A DNA stretch of 64,000 nt from an uncultured Myxococcales bacterium (GCA_964640665.1 CAZXHT010000002.1:105170-169169), one strand, 5' to 3'. Positions 16,894 to 27,580 are shown, counted from the stretch's first letter. A program made the numbers and translations. Notes: generated from the letters alone by a model not told the origin.

Positions 16894-19800
16894 ATGTCGG
16901 GTAGTTGTCGCCGTATCGGCATTGATATTGGCGCATTGTTTCTCAAGGCCGTCCGCCTAGACGATCGGGATAACCCCACTGAAACCTTTTACTGCCAGCA
17001 CCACGGCGATCCGGCGCGGACACTCGAAGAAGCTTTATCGCGACTGCAGGCATCGGCCGAAGACAGCATCGGCATCACCGGCTCAGCGGCCGGGCTGCTC
17101 GCCGACACCCTGGGAGTCGAACTGTTGGACATCACCCGCTGCCAGATCGAGGCCGTCGCTCGGCGTGCTCCGGATGCGCGCAATATTATCGATGTCGGCG
17201 GCGGTTCGGTCACCCTGGTTCAACTCGACGAGTCAGGCAAGTTCCAGGGCTATTCGACTAACTCTTTATGTGCGGCCGGCACCGGTTCATTCCTGGACGA
17301 GCAGGCCGGTCGCATGGGCGTCTCCTATGCCGAACTGAAAGAGTTCGAGCACACCGATCAACCTCCTTCCATCGCCGCCCGCTGCGCCGTCTTCGCCAAG
17401 ACCGATCTGATTCACCGCCAGCAGGAGGGATACTCGAAGGCCGAGATGTGGTCGGGTCTCTGCCAGGGCATGACCCGAACGCTGTTCGCTACCTTGCTGA
17501 ACGGCAAACCGCTACAAGCTCCCACCGCCGTCATCGGCGGGGTGGCCCAGAACGAAGAGGTTCTTCTCTGGATGCGGGCCACCTATCCCGAACTTATCCA
17601 GGTGCCGCCCGCGCCGCACTTGTCGGCGGCCATAGGCGCAGCTCTCTTGGCGGTGCCCCCGGCCCACCCGGTGGCGCGGCCGATTCCAATTCAGCAGGCA
17701 CACCTCGAGAAAAAGGGAAACTACGACTGGCCTCTTTCTTTAGAGAAGTCGAACTATCCATCCTTCGATGCCCAGGAGTTCTACGTCGATGCGGATGACA
17801 ATGAGATCCGCGTTTTATCTTGGCCCGCTGGCGGGAAAGTGCGTGGCTGGCTGGGAATCGACATTGGTTCCACATCCACAAAGCTTGCCCTGGTCGACGA
17901 ACAGGATCGGATCGTCCTAGACATCTACCGCAAGACGGGAGGCAATCCGATCGAGGCCACCAAGCTTCTCTTCCGGGCCATGTTGACCCTGGCCGAGAAA
18001 AAGAACGTGGCATACGAAATCCTGGGCGTAGGAACGACCGGCAGCGGCCGCAAGATGGTAGGCAAGGTGATCGGGGCCGATGCCATCATCAATGAGATCT
18101 CGGCCCACGTATGCGGGGCGACCCGGATCGATCCAACGATTGACACCATCTTCGAGATCGGCGGCCAGGATTCGAAGTACATGCACGTGGTCGACGGGCA
18201 CATCCGGGACTCAAACATGAACTATGTCTGCGCCGCCGGCACGGGCTCGTTCGTGGAAGAGCAGGCCAAGAAGCTGGGTTATGCGATCGAGAATATCGGA
18301 CCGGCGGTTCTCGGCATCAAGCCCCCGCGCACCTCGGATCGCTGCACGGTGTTCATGGAGCAGGACGTGGCCAAGTTGGTCCGCACTGGTGTCAGCCCGG
18401 AAGAAGCCATGGCGGGCGTCATGGTTTCGATAGTCAAGAATTACCTCAACAAGGTGGTGGGCAACCGCCACCGCAGCCGCAAGAAGATCTTCTTTCAGGG
18501 AGCCACGGCTCGCAACCAGGGCCTGGTGGCGGCCTTCGAGCGTCTGATGGGGTGCGAGATAGTCGTTTCTCCCTATTGCCACGTCATGGGTTCATACGGG
18601 GTTGCCATGCTGACCCGGGCCGTCATGACCGAGCAGGCAAAAAGTGAAAGCAGCTTCGCCGGCCTCGATCTGGATCGGCGCGCCATCACCATTCGCAAGG
18701 AAACCTGCAAGCTGTGCCAGAACCATTGTTCGATCTCATTCGCCGACATAGAGGGGATCGAGGAATCGCCATCATGGGGTTATATGTGCGGTCGCGATCC
18801 GGACGAAGACAAGGTCAGGGTCAACCCCCGCGACAAGCCCTTCCGGGTGAGAACACGGCTGTGGCGTGAAGGTGGGAGCGGGGTGCCGGTTCCGGACGGC
18901 GCGCCGGTCGTCGGCATTCCCCAGTCTTTAACGACTTACACCTACCTGCCCCTGTGGCGGCGTTTCTTCAACCGCCTGGGCTACAAGGTTATTCTCTCCG
19001 GCGTCACCAACGACAAGATCCGCGCCCTTTCGAGCAAGCTCGCGGGTGCCGAGTTCTGCTACCCCGCCAAGGTAGGCATCGGGCACGCCGCCAGCCTGGC
19101 CATGAAGGAAGGCGTGGATTTTATCTTCGTGCCGCACATGGTCTCCGAGATCCAGAACCGGCAGTCTACGGCTGCCAAGTTTTGCCCCTACACCCAGGCG
19201 GCGCCGGCATACATCCGCACTGCCCTGGATCTCAACGGCCAGGACTCGTCAAGAGTGCTCTCGCCCGTGGTTGACATGCGCCTGGGTGAAACCCGGCTGG
19301 TCGATCTGTTCGCCAGGAATATGACCGGCCCGCTGGGCCGAACCCGGAAGGAAATACACGCTGCCTTCCATGATGCCCTCGTCTGCCAGCGCGCCTTCGA
19401 GGAGCATTGCCGCGAAGAGGGTCGCAAGGTTATCGCGCAAGCCGTAGCCAAGGGCGAGAAGCTCATAGTCCTGGCGGGGCGTTCCTACAACAACTACGAC
19501 AACGGCATCAACCTGGGTCTGCCGCAGAAGCTGGCCGAACAAGGCCGTATGGTCTTGCCCCTGGACTTTTTGGATCTCGACCCCGCCTTGCTCGGCGAGC
19601 GTTACCGCAACACCTACTGGAACTACGGTCAGAAGATACTGAAGGCCCTCAGGCTGGTGTCGCGGGATGACAACCTCGATGTCGTCTACCTGACCAACTT
19701 CAACTGCGGCCCGGACAGCTTCCTGCTGACCTATGCCGAAGAGATCATGGGCGACAAACCTTTCCTGGCCCTCGAACTGGACGAGCACGGCGCCGATGCC

Positions 19801-21126
19801 GGTTACATGACGCGTATAGAGGCATTCTTCGACGTGTTGCGCAGGCCGCGCTCAAGGACGTCATCGCCGCGGCCATTCAGCCCCGAACCGACCGATCTGA
19901 AGAATCGCACCATCTGGGTTCCCCCGATGCACCCGATGGGCACGGCGCTGGTCGCCGCGGCCTTTCGCGGGCACGGATTCCGCGCACAGGCACTGCCGCC
20001 CGAGAACAAGGAGTCGTTCGAACTGGGCCGCTCGCTGACACGCGGATCCGAGTGCTTGCCGACCTCGCTCACTATCGGGACATTCCTCAAGACGATCCGC
20101 TCGAAGGAACATTCCGGTCGGCACGCATTTTTCATGCCCACCGCAGAAGGGCCCTGTCGCTTCGGACAGTATTGCAGCCTGCATCGCCAGATCCTCGATC
20201 GCGAAGGCCTGGAAGACGTGGCCATCCTGTCCCCATCGAGCTACAATTCCTACCAGGGTCTCGATGAGCCGGTGCGCCGCAGTATCTGGAAGGCCTTCCT
20301 GGCGTCCGACGTTCTTTACAAGGCAACCTGCAAGGTACGGCCCTACGAGGTTCAACCCGGTCAGACCGATCTAGTCACTGCCCGGCAGTTGGCCATGCTG
20401 GAATCCGTCATGGAGCGTGGTGAAGACCTCTACGCCGCGGTGGCCGCCGCCGTCGGGCGCATCGCGGCAGTCGAGACCAGCGGTTCACCAAAGCCGCTTG
20501 TCGGCGTGGTTGGCGAGATCTACGTCAGGAGCAACGAGTTTGCCAACGAGAGCGTCGTCAGATCCATCGAACGCTTCGGCGGCGAGGCTTGGCTGGCCCC
20601 GATGTCCGAATGGATCCTCTACACGGCTGTAACGCAGAGCATTTCTTTCCGGGATCGCTCAAGGAATTTCTTGAAGAAGTGGATATCGGATCTGAAAAAC
20701 GTCTACATCTATCATGTCGAGCGCAAGATGTACGCGGCCGCCGGGCCGTTTCTGGCCGATCGCCACGAGCCGGACATTCACGAGGTCGTCGACACCGGCA
20801 GCCGCTACATGCCGATCCAGTTCGAGGGCGAGGCCCTGATAACGGTCGGACGCGCGATCAAGTTTGCCGACCAGGGCGCCGCCATGGTGGTCAACTGCGC
20901 ACCCTTCGGCTGCATGCCCGGTACCCTGACCACGGCCCTGTTCCGCAAGTTGGCCCCCGAAATGGGTATCCCCGTGGTAGGAATGTTCTACGACGGCGCA
21001 GGCAACCAGAATGAGAGGCTGAGGATCTTCTTGAACAACGCCATCGAGAAGAAGCCGACTCCGTCCAGGTCTCGGGAAAGACGCGAGCAAATCAGGGCAA
21101 AGAGCAGTACCCGCCCATCTGCCTGA
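16894..21126 (+). CDS. 1410-aa CoA-substrate-specific enzyme activase-like protein: tandem BadF/BadG/BcrA/BcrD ASKHA domains fused to a 2-hydroxyacyl-CoA dehydratase (HgdB/DUF2229)-like C-terminal region
   Basis: Two activase modules, each with GIDIG...KA and the cluster helix motif (NSLCAAGTGSFLDEQA; NYVCAAGTGSFVEEQAKKLGY), then a long dehydratase-like region. AGGAGGA RBS at 16881-16887. Confidence 0.85.
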   Translation: MSGSCRRIGIDIGALFLKAVRLDDRDNPTETFYCQHHGDPARTLEEALSRLQASAEDSIGITGSAAGLLADTLGVELLDITRCQIEAVARRAPDARNIIDVGGGSVTLVQLDESGKFQGYSTNSLCAAGTGSFLDEQAGRMGVSYAELKEFEHTDQPPSIAARCAVFAKTDLIHRQQEGYSKAEMWSGLCQGMTRTLFATLLNGKPLQAPTAVIGGVAQNEEVLLWMRATYPELIQVPPAPHLSAAIGAALLAVPPAHPVARPIPIQQAHLEKKGNYDWPLSLEKSNYPSFDAQEFYVDADDNEIRVLSWPAGGKVRGWLGIDIGSTSTKLALVDEQDRIVLDIYRKTGGNPIEATKLLFRAMLTLAEKKNVAYEILGVGTTGSGRKMVGKVIGADAIINEISAHVCGATRIDPTIDTIFEIGGQDSKYMHVVDGHIRDSNMNYVCAAGTGSFVEEQAKKLGYAIENIGPAVLGIKPPRTSDRCTVFMEQDVAKLVRTGVSPEEAMAGVMVSIVKNYLNKVVGNRHRSRKKIFFQGATARNQGLVAAFERLMGCEIVVSPYCHVMGSYGVAMLTRAVMTEQAKSESSFAGLDLDRRAITIRKETCKLCQNHCSISFADIEGIEESPSWGYMCGRDPDEDKVRVNPRDKPFRVRTRLWREGGSGVPVPDGAPVVGIPQSLTTYTYLPLWRRFFNRLGYKVILSGVTNDKIRALSSKLAGAEFCYPAKVGIGHAASLAMKEGVDFIFVPHMVSEIQNRQSTAAKFCPYTQAAPAYIRTALDLNGQDSSRVLSPVVDMRLGETRLVDLFARNMTGPLGRTRKEIHAAFHDALVCQRAFEEHCREEGRKVIAQAVAKGEKLIVLAGRSYNNYDNGINLGLPQKLAEQGRMVLPLDFLDLDPALLGERYRNTYWNYGQKILKALRLVSRDDNLDVVYLTNFNCGPDSFLLTYAEEIMGDKPFLALELDEHGADAGYMTRIEAFFDVLRRPRSRTSSPRPFSPEPTDLKNRTIWVPPMHPMGTALVAAAFRGHGFRAQALPPENKESFELGRSLTRGSECLPTSLTIGTFLKTIRSKEHSGRHAFFMPTAEGPCRFGQYCSLHRQILDREGLEDVAILSPSSYNSYQGLDEPVRRSIWKAFLASDVLYKATCKVRPYEVQPGQTDLVTARQLAMLESVMERGEDLYAAVAAAVGRIAAVETSGSPKPLVGVVGEIYVRSNEFANESVVRSIERFGGEAWLAPMSEWILYTAVTQSISFRDRSRNFLKKWISDLKNVYIYHVERKMYAAAGPFLADRHEPDIHEVVDTGSRYMPIQFEGEALITVGRAIKFADQGAAMVVNCAPFGCMPGTLTTALFRKLAPEMGIPVVGMFYDGAGNQNERLRIFLNNAIEKKPTPSRSRERREQIRAKSSTRPSA

Positions 21127-21142
21127 CAACGCGGAAACTCGA

Positions 21143-22048
21143 TCAGGCGACGACGCAGTTGCGCCCCTTGTGTTTGGCGTCGTAGAGGCGCTCGTCGGCC
21201 TCGCGAATGAAATTCGTAGGATCGGCGGCCATCGGCGACAGTTCGGCGCAGCCCAAGGATATGGTCAGCGGAATCCTCGTCTCGGCAAACATGAAATCAT
21301 GCCTCTCGACCATCCGGCGGGCCTTCTCCGCGAGGGTGGTGGCGGTTGTCAGCGCAGTTTCCGGTAAAGCGATGACGAATTCCTCGCCACCGTAACGCGC
21401 CATCAACTCCTCGCGGCGGACCAGCTTGGATAGTAACGCGCACAACTCCTTGAGGATGAAATCCCCGGCCAGGTGGCCGTAGGTATCGTTGACCTTCTTG
21501 AAGTGATCGATGTCGAACATGATCAGGCTCAGAGGCCGCCCGAAGCGAATGGTGCGCGCGATCTCCCGGTCGAGAAACTCTATCAGGTACCTCTTGTTGG
21601 CTGCCTGCGTGAGACCGTCGGTGATCGTCATGCGGTAGATTTCTTCGTGGTAGAGCCCCTCGATATTGCCGCCGGAGATGAACTTGTAAACCACTCCGCC
21701 GATCTTGATCAAGTCTCCGTGCCGCAACTTCTCGCGCTTGATGGGAACGTCGTTGAGATAAGTGCCGTTAGTGCTTTCGAGATCCTCTATGAAAATTGAC
21801 GGGGGCACCCGCTCAAGCCGGGCATGATTACGGGAGACATTTTCATGGTCGATCTGGATAGTGTTGGTCGGTTCGCGCCCGATGCTGATCAGGTCGATTT
21901 CAATCGGGTAGTTCTTGCCCAGGGCGGGGCCGTATATCTCTATCAGAAAGCTCTTTTGGGGGCTGCCGACTTTGCGGATCTCGGAGAGCTTGGCTTTCCG
22001 AGTCTGATCGTCCGACAGCGGACCGTTCCAATTAGACTCCTTACCCAT
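21143..22048 (-). CDS. FHA-domain diguanylate cyclase (FHA-GGDEF)
   Basis: N-terminal FHA (SIGREPTNTIQIDHENVSRNHARL...STNGTYLN); C-terminal GGDEF domain with an intact GGEEF active site (RYGGEEFVIALP) and DxxxF/KxxND motifs. Confidence 0.85.
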   Translation of the reverse strand: MGKESNWNGPLSDDQTRKAKLSEIRKVGSPQKSFLIEIYGPALGKNYPIEIDLISIGREPTNTIQIDHENVSRNHARLERVPPSIFIEDLESTNGTYLNDVPIKREKLRHGDLIKIGGVVYKFISGGNIEGLYHEEIYRMTITDGLTQAANKRYLIEFLDREIARTIRFGRPLSLIMFDIDHFKKVNDTYGHLAGDFILKELCALLSKLVRREELMARYGGEEFVIALPETALTTATTLAEKARRMVERHDFMFAETRIPLTISLGCAELSPMAADPTNFIREADERLYDAKHKGRNCVVA

Positions 22049-22168
22049 GGCGGTGGATTATAAGAACGTAACCCGAACTAGGCAAGCCTCAAACCCAGTA
22101 TTTTCCCCGGAAGCCCTATCTGTATGACTTTTTTTGACTTTTGATCAATCCCGTGCTACTTCAGCGCA

Positions 22169-23680
22169 GTGCGTGTCTATCATATGACGAAAAGTCCGTT
22201 GCGGCGCCTGGGCAGGCGAGGTATCAAACCCGGTTGGATCTTGTTGTTTATCGGCCTGGGCGTTTTGAACGTCTACCTGCTTTTCATCAAGGGTCTCCCC
22301 GGCTTGGCCGGCCATCAACCTGCACCCGGCGCTTCAGAAGAAGAATCGGCTGCAGAAAAACGCGTTTTGGCGTCGACATCTGCGTCGGCCTCGATGATGG
22401 GTTTCAAAAGCGCCATGGCAGAGATACGCGGAGTCGCCGGAATCCGGGACAGGGGAGCCATCGTGTCGACGCCCGGACCTCATCGCTCGCGACTGCGTTT
22501 CGACATGCAGGAGGGCCGGGAAATAGCCGGCCTGCGCTCGCTCGACCAGTGGTGCGAGCGAACCTGGGGCTCTATCAAAAACGGCGACACCCTCGTCATG
22601 GCGCTCGAACGCAGTGGGCTGGACGGCGTTCGGGCGTTCGGCCTGATCCGTGCTTTGCGGGGCGTTTTCGATTTTCGCCGCTGTCGTCCCGGTGACCGCT
22701 TCGAGTTATTGCGCTCTCCTGTAGGCGGGGTGGAGCGCTTTGTCTACCATGAATCAGCGCTGGTAGCCTATCGCGTCGAGCGCCGGCAGGGTCACCTCGT
22801 CGGTCGCCGGGAAGAAGAACAGTCGACGGTCAAAGTCTCGCCCGTGTCGGTACGCATCCAGGGCTCGCTGTACGCCTCGATAGGGCGGGCGGGAGAGTCG
22901 TTGTCTTTGGTTGTGGATCTCGTAGACATCTTCGCCTGGGACATCGATTTTTACATTGATTGTCGCCCCGGGGACATCGTGCGTATGTTGGTCGAGAAGA
23001 TCGAAGTGGGCGGCAAATTCGTCCGCTACGGCCACATCCTGGCGGTGGAGTACGACGGTGCGATCGGAGTCAAACTCGCCTTCAGGTATCAAACGGCCTC
23101 GGGCAAGGTGGGCTACTATGACGAGTCGGGTGACTCCTTACGAAAGGCGTTTCTCAAGTCACCTTTGAAGTTCGCGCGCATCTCATCCGGTTTCGGCATG
23201 CGGGTGCATCCCATCCTGGGGTTTTCCAAAAAGCACTATGGCGTCGATTTGGCGGCGCCACGGGGTACGCCCATCTGGGCTCCCGCCGACGGGACGGTGA
23301 TCTTTGCAGGCCGCCGGGGAATCAGCGGAAACCTGATAAAGCTGCGCCACGTCAACGGCTACCGGACAATCTTCGCCCACCTGAATGCCATCGCCCACGG
23401 CCTGCACAAAGGGGTTCGGGTCAGTCAGAAGCAGGTCATCGGCACGGTCGGTTCGACCGGCCGCTCAACCGGGCCGCACCTGCACTACGGCATGAAGAAA
23501 AGCGGAACGTTCATAAACCCGTTCACCCAGAAGTTCCCGCCCGCCCGCCCGGTTGCGAAGAACGAGCTCTCAGCCTACAAGAAAGCCATTTCCGGTTTGC
23601 TCGAGCGGCTTGAGAAGATTCCCCGGCCTTCCTCCCCGAAAACCGCCGCGGCACCTGGAAAAACAGAGGACGCGGGATGA
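22169..23680 (+). CDS. M23-family (LytM-like) metallopeptidase, membrane-anchored
   Basis: N-terminal TM helix; C-terminal M23 motifs HYGVDLAAPRGTPIWAPADG...HLHY (HxxxD and HxH). A start at the internal Met (22184) is also possible. Confidence 0.8.
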   Translation: MRVYHMTKSPLRRLGRRGIKPGWILLFIGLGVLNVYLLFIKGLPGLAGHQPAPGASEEESAAEKRVLASTSASASMMGFKSAMAEIRGVAGIRDRGAIVSTPGPHRSRLRFDMQEGREIAGLRSLDQWCERTWGSIKNGDTLVMALERSGLDGVRAFGLIRALRGVFDFRRCRPGDRFELLRSPVGGVERFVYHESALVAYRVERRQGHLVGRREEEQSTVKVSPVSVRIQGSLYASIGRAGESLSLVVDLVDIFAWDIDFYIDCRPGDIVRMLVEKIEVGGKFVRYGHILAVEYDGAIGVKLAFRYQTASGKVGYYDESGDSLRKAFLKSPLKFARISSGFGMRVHPILGFSKKHYGVDLAAPRGTPIWAPADGTVIFAGRRGISGNLIKLRHVNGYRTIFAHLNAIAHGLHKGVRVSQKQVIGTVGSTGRSTGPHLHYGMKKSGTFINPFTQKFPPARPVAKNELSAYKKAISGLLERLEKIPRPSSPKTAAAPGKTEDAG

Positions 23681-25350
23681 TCGTCAGCCTGACGAAGATC
23701 CTGCCGCTCCTGTTCCAAGTGGCTGCCGGGAGCGCGGGATCTGCCGCTGACTCTGTCGGCGAGATACTGGCCGGCATGACTGTTGAGCAGAAGGTCGGCC
23801 AGCTTATGATGGTGGGATTTGGCGGCAAGCAAATGGGGCCCGCCATCGCCGACCTGCTGACCGGCTACCACATCGGCTCGGTGGCCCTGTACGGGCGCAA
23901 TATCGTCAACACCGAACAGCTCGCAAGACTGATTGGCGACATTCGTAAGGTCATGCGCGACGAAGTACAGCCGTTTGTCGCCATCGACCAGGAGGGCGGA
24001 AACGTCGTGCGCGTGTGCTCCGATGTCATCGTCCTGCCGGGTGCAATGGCTCTCGGCGCCACCCGTGACACGGTTCTGGCGTTTCTGGTCGGGCAGGCGA
24101 GCGCCATCGACCTGGGTCTTGTGGGCATCGACATGAACATGGCGCCGGTACTGGACATCAATCGCAATCCGCACAACCCGGTGATCAACATTCGCGCCTA
24201 CAGCGACAAGCCCGAGTTGGTGGCGAGACTCGGACTGCGTTTCATCCAGGGACAACAACAGGCCGGTATGGCCACGGTTGCAAAGCACTTTCCGGGTCAC
24301 GGCTCCACCGCCAGGGATTCTCATTTTTCCCTGCCGGTGATTAGTCTCGATCGGGAGCAACTGACTGACGGCGATCTGCTTCCCTTCAGACGGGCGATAG
24401 ACGCCGGGCTGGATGCCGTCATGACCGCCCACGTACGGGTGCCGGCCATCGACCAGGGCGACCTGCCGGCCTCACTGTCGCACAAGGTAGTCGGTGGGTT
24501 GCTCCGGGAAGAGCTCGGGTTCGACGGACTGGTGATCACAGACGATTTGGAGATGCGAGCCATCGCGAACATGATGCCGGTCGGCCAGGCCGCGGTAACG
24601 GCGATCCGGGCCGGTGCCGACGTGGTCATGGTCATCTGGACGGCCCAGAAGAAACGCGAAGTTTATAAGAGTCTGCTCGAGGCTGTACGCACGGGGGCGA
24701 TAACGAAGACACGCCTCGACGAATCGGTTCGCCGTATTCTGCGCTTGAAGCTCCGGCGCAGAACCCTGCATACGCGTACCGGCGAGCAGCCGCGACTGTC
24801 TGCCGTCCTGCCCAACCCCATGCACGCGCGGCTTGCGAAAACCATAGCCCGGCGGGCCATCACCCTGGTGCGCAACACAGGCTCGCTGGTGCCGCTGCGT
24901 GATGGCCATGGGGTACTTGCGGCCGGCCCCCAGCGAGTGTTTCTGAAGGAGATCAAGCGACAGCTGCCGGGGGTGACGGTGTTCCACACGCGCCGGGTTC
25001 CGTCTTCCAGGCACCGCACGAAAGATCTCAACGACCTGATCGCGCTGGGGCAGAACAGCCGGGTAATCGTCGTGGCGGTGGTCAACGCGTACCAGGCTTG
25101 GCTGGTCCAACGCCTATATCACCAGGTCAAGGTTCCCATCGTGGCGGTATCTTTCGGCTCTCCATACTTCATCCGTAACTTTCCCGGAGTGGCCGCATAC
25201 CTATGCACCTATTCGTACCTCCCCGCGGCCCAGAAGGCGGCAGCCCTTGCCTTGAGCGGCAAGATCTCCATAACGGGCCGGTTGCCGGCGACGCTTACTA
25301 GACAATATCAGTTCGGCCGGGGCCAGATGACGGGAAGAAGAGGCCATTAG
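23677..25350 (+). CDS. Glycoside hydrolase family 3 N-terminal domain protein (beta-N-acetylhexosaminidase NagZ-like) with a C-terminal extension
   Basis: GH3 signatures KHFPGHGSTARDSH and QLMMVGF; 4-bp overlap with the upstream M23 peptidase gene (ATGA). This is a cell-wall recycling-type pairing. Confidence 0.8.
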   Translation: MIVSLTKILPLLFQVAAGSAGSAADSVGEILAGMTVEQKVGQLMMVGFGGKQMGPAIADLLTGYHIGSVALYGRNIVNTEQLARLIGDIRKVMRDEVQPFVAIDQEGGNVVRVCSDVIVLPGAMALGATRDTVLAFLVGQASAIDLGLVGIDMNMAPVLDINRNPHNPVINIRAYSDKPELVARLGLRFIQGQQQAGMATVAKHFPGHGSTARDSHFSLPVISLDREQLTDGDLLPFRRAIDAGLDAVMTAHVRVPAIDQGDLPASLSHKVVGGLLREELGFDGLVITDDLEMRAIANMMPVGQAAVTAIRAGADVVMVIWTAQKKREVYKSLLEAVRTGAITKTRLDESVRRILRLKLRRRTLHTRTGEQPRLSAVLPNPMHARLAKTIARRAITLVRNTGSLVPLRDGHGVLAAGPQRVFLKEIKRQLPGVTVFHTRRVPSSRHRTKDLNDLIALGQNSRVIVVAVVNAYQAWLVQRLYHQVKVPIVAVSFGSPYFIRNFPGVAAYLCTYSYLPAAQKAAALALSGKISITGRLPATLTRQYQFGRGQMTGRRGH

Positions 25351-25418
25351 TCAACGTACCCCCTTGATTCCAGATTGCGTTTGCCTAAAGCGTAATCCGT
25401 GGAGTAGACTTTCTTGTC

Positions 25419-26978
25419 ATGGATGTCGACTACCTGCCGGCCTTCACGCGCGAGGGTAGGATCGAGGAGATCCCGCTTCCGGTCCTGATCGTTCACATCC
25501 TGGACGAAAAACTCAGCGGCAGGCTGTACATCGAGGAAGAGGACACGAAGTCTTGGATTTACTTCGATGAGGGGTTTCCGGCCGGTGTCTTCGCCCCAAA
25601 GTCGCAGGATTTTCTGGGGACCGTCCTGCGTGAACTTGGGTATATCGACGATGCCGCTTTTAACCAATCGTTAATGATGATGGCCAAGACCAAGCGCCTG
25701 CAGGGCGAACTTCTGGTGGAGGACGGCAAGATCGACTCGGAGCAGCTCGAGCGCGCCCTGTCGCTGCAACTCGCCCGCAAGCTGGCCCGCCTTTTCGTTG
25801 TTCGTGCGGGTGCTTTTCGGTTCGCCGAGGACGAAGAGCTTATTCCTCCGATGGAGCCGATTCGCATAAACACCTATGCCCTGATCTACAACGGCATCAA
25901 GAACAGCTACCACGGCGAAAACCTGAAGGAAGGCCTGCAGATCCTGGTTGGCAGGTCTTGCAAGGTGACGGGCCTCTTCGTCGAGCGCAAGGAGCTGTTC
26001 GAGTTTCCTCCAGACGACGTGGCCGACGCCGAACTGCTGCGCGAATTCCGTCTGCCCCAGGTTTTCGTCAGGGCCACCCGCAGCGGTCCGACGTCGGGGA
26101 TGATGATGTTACTGGCGCTTCTCTATTGCGGCATGCTCGAAATGGAAGAGGTCGATTTTGCCGTGCCCATCAAGGGCTCGCAGGCGCCCCGGGCGGCGCC
26201 GCACAAAGCCGCTCCGGCACGTGCCGGCCGGCCCAGGCAAGGCGCTAAGAAAGTGTCCGCCGAGCTGGTGAAGAAAATCAACGATAAGTTCGAGCAGATC
26301 AAATCTGGAGACCTGTGGCAGGTTATCGAGGTGGAAAAGGATGCCGGCTCCGAGGTCGTAAAGAAGTCGTTCCTCACGTTGGCCAAGGTTTACCACCCAG
26401 ACCGGGTTTCCGGGTCGGGTGACGAAGATCTCTCGCATCGCATGGACCTGATCTTCGCCCGGATCAACGAGGCCTACCAGGTGCTCAGCGATCCCAATCG
26501 CCGGGCCGAGTACGACAAGAAAGCGTCAACCGACACGAAATCGGACCAGCCCCGTCCGGAAGAGGCCCGGGTACAGTTTCAGAAGGCACAGGTCTACCTG
26601 AAAAAGAAAGACCTGACCAAGGCGGCCGAGGCGGTTCGCTGGGCCGCCGATCTCGACAACAGCAACGGCGATTACAAGGCCTACAAGGCCTGGATAGAGT
26701 TTCTGCGGGAGAAGCAAGGTTCGCCGATTGAGAAGCTGACCCAGGTCAAGGCGGAGCTGATCGACATCGCCAAGGGCTATCCTCAGTCTTTCCACGCGTA
26801 CAAATTCCTGGCCAAGATTTGCAAGGAACTAAAAGACATGCCGACCTACCACAAGGCCCTGAATAACGCCGCCCAGTTGAACCCCAAGGATGTCGATATT
26901 GCCCGTCAGCTACGCCTGTTCAACATGCGCAAGGAAAAAGAGGGACGGGGCTGGCTCAAGAAGAAATTTAAAAAGTGA
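25419..26978 (+). CDS. PATAN (DUF4388) domain protein with a J-domain and TPR-like C-terminus
   Basis: N-terminal DUF4388/PATAN-like region (IPLPVLIVHILDEKLSGRLYI); a bona fide J-domain with HPD (KSFLTLAKVYHPDRVSG...INEAYQVLSDPNRRAEYD); C-terminal helical repeats. Confidence 0.7.
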   Translation: MDVDYLPAFTREGRIEEIPLPVLIVHILDEKLSGRLYIEEEDTKSWIYFDEGFPAGVFAPKSQDFLGTVLRELGYIDDAAFNQSLMMMAKTKRLQGELLVEDGKIDSEQLERALSLQLARKLARLFVVRAGAFRFAEDEELIPPMEPIRINTYALIYNGIKNSYHGENLKEGLQILVGRSCKVTGLFVERKELFEFPPDDVADAELLREFRLPQVFVRATRSGPTSGMMMLLALLYCGMLEMEEVDFAVPIKGSQAPRAAPHKAAPARAGRPRQGAKKVSAELVKKINDKFEQIKSGDLWQVIEVEKDAGSEVVKKSFLTLAKVYHPDRVSGSGDEDLSHRMDLIFARINEAYQVLSDPNRRAEYDKKASTDTKSDQPRPEEARVQFQKAQVYLKKKDLTKAAEAVRWAADLDNSNGDYKAYKAWIEFLREKQGSPIEKLTQVKAELIDIAKGYPQSFHAYKFLAKICKELKDMPTYHKALNNAAQLNPKDVDIARQLRLFNMRKEKEGRGWLKKKFKK

Positions 26979-27005
26979 AGTTAGCGGACGCCGACCTGAT
27001 GGCGC

Positions 27006-27353
27006 TCAATCTTCCGAAAGGTAGGCGTCCAGGGCGGCCTGTTCGGCTTCACTAAGGTCCAAGAACTTGACGCCCATTCCCGCCTGATCGGTGGGATCGT
27101 TCTCGTCCGGGTTGCGTTTCACCCACACGACCTGGCCGCGTGTACGGACTGCCATCTCCGTGCCGGGAAACGCAAATGAAATCCAAAAGGTCTCGCCGAC
27201 CTCGAACAGCAAGTCGGATTTCAGGAAAAGTCCGCCTTTGCTGACGTCGTGACTGTCAAAGGTCAGCTCACCGCCGGTGAAGCCGTCACCAATCTCAATC
27301 TCAGCCTCCAGATGGTGACGGGCGTGTTGGCGATGATTTCGTTGCTGGTCCAT
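27006..27353 (-). CDS. PilZ-domain protein (c-di-GMP receptor-like)
   Basis: RxxxR (RQHARHH) followed by D-x-S-x-GG (DVSKGGLF), 115 aa. Confidence 0.7.
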   Translation of the reverse strand: MDQQRNHRQHARHHLEAEIEIGDGFTGGELTFDSHDVSKGGLFLKSDLLFEVGETFWISFAFPGTEMAVRTRGQVVWVKRNPDENDPTDQAGMGVKFLDLSEAEQAALDAYLSED

Positions 27354-27382
27354 GATTCGGTGCGACCCGGCCGGTCACGATG

Positions 27383-27580
27383 TCACTCGTCCACCTTGTC
27401 CACGTAGCGCACCCTGCCGGCGGCGATTTCCCGCAGAGCGATGATCGGCATCTTGTTCTTGGCCGACACCAGGGCCCTGGCGCCGTCGAGAAGCTGCCGC
27501 GTGCGCTTAGTCGCAAGCAGCACTAAAGAGAAACGATTGGGAACGTTTCTCAAGCAATCTTCGACCGTGACTCTGGCCAT
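27383..27580 (-). CDS. rpoZ: DNA-directed RNA polymerase subunit omega
   Basis: [30 protein letters not shown] is the canonical RpoZ N-terminus; 65 aa. Confidence 0.85.
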   Translation of the reverse strand: MARVTVEDCLRNVPNRFSLVLLATKRTRQLLDGARALVSAKNKMPIIALREIAAGRVRYVDKVDE

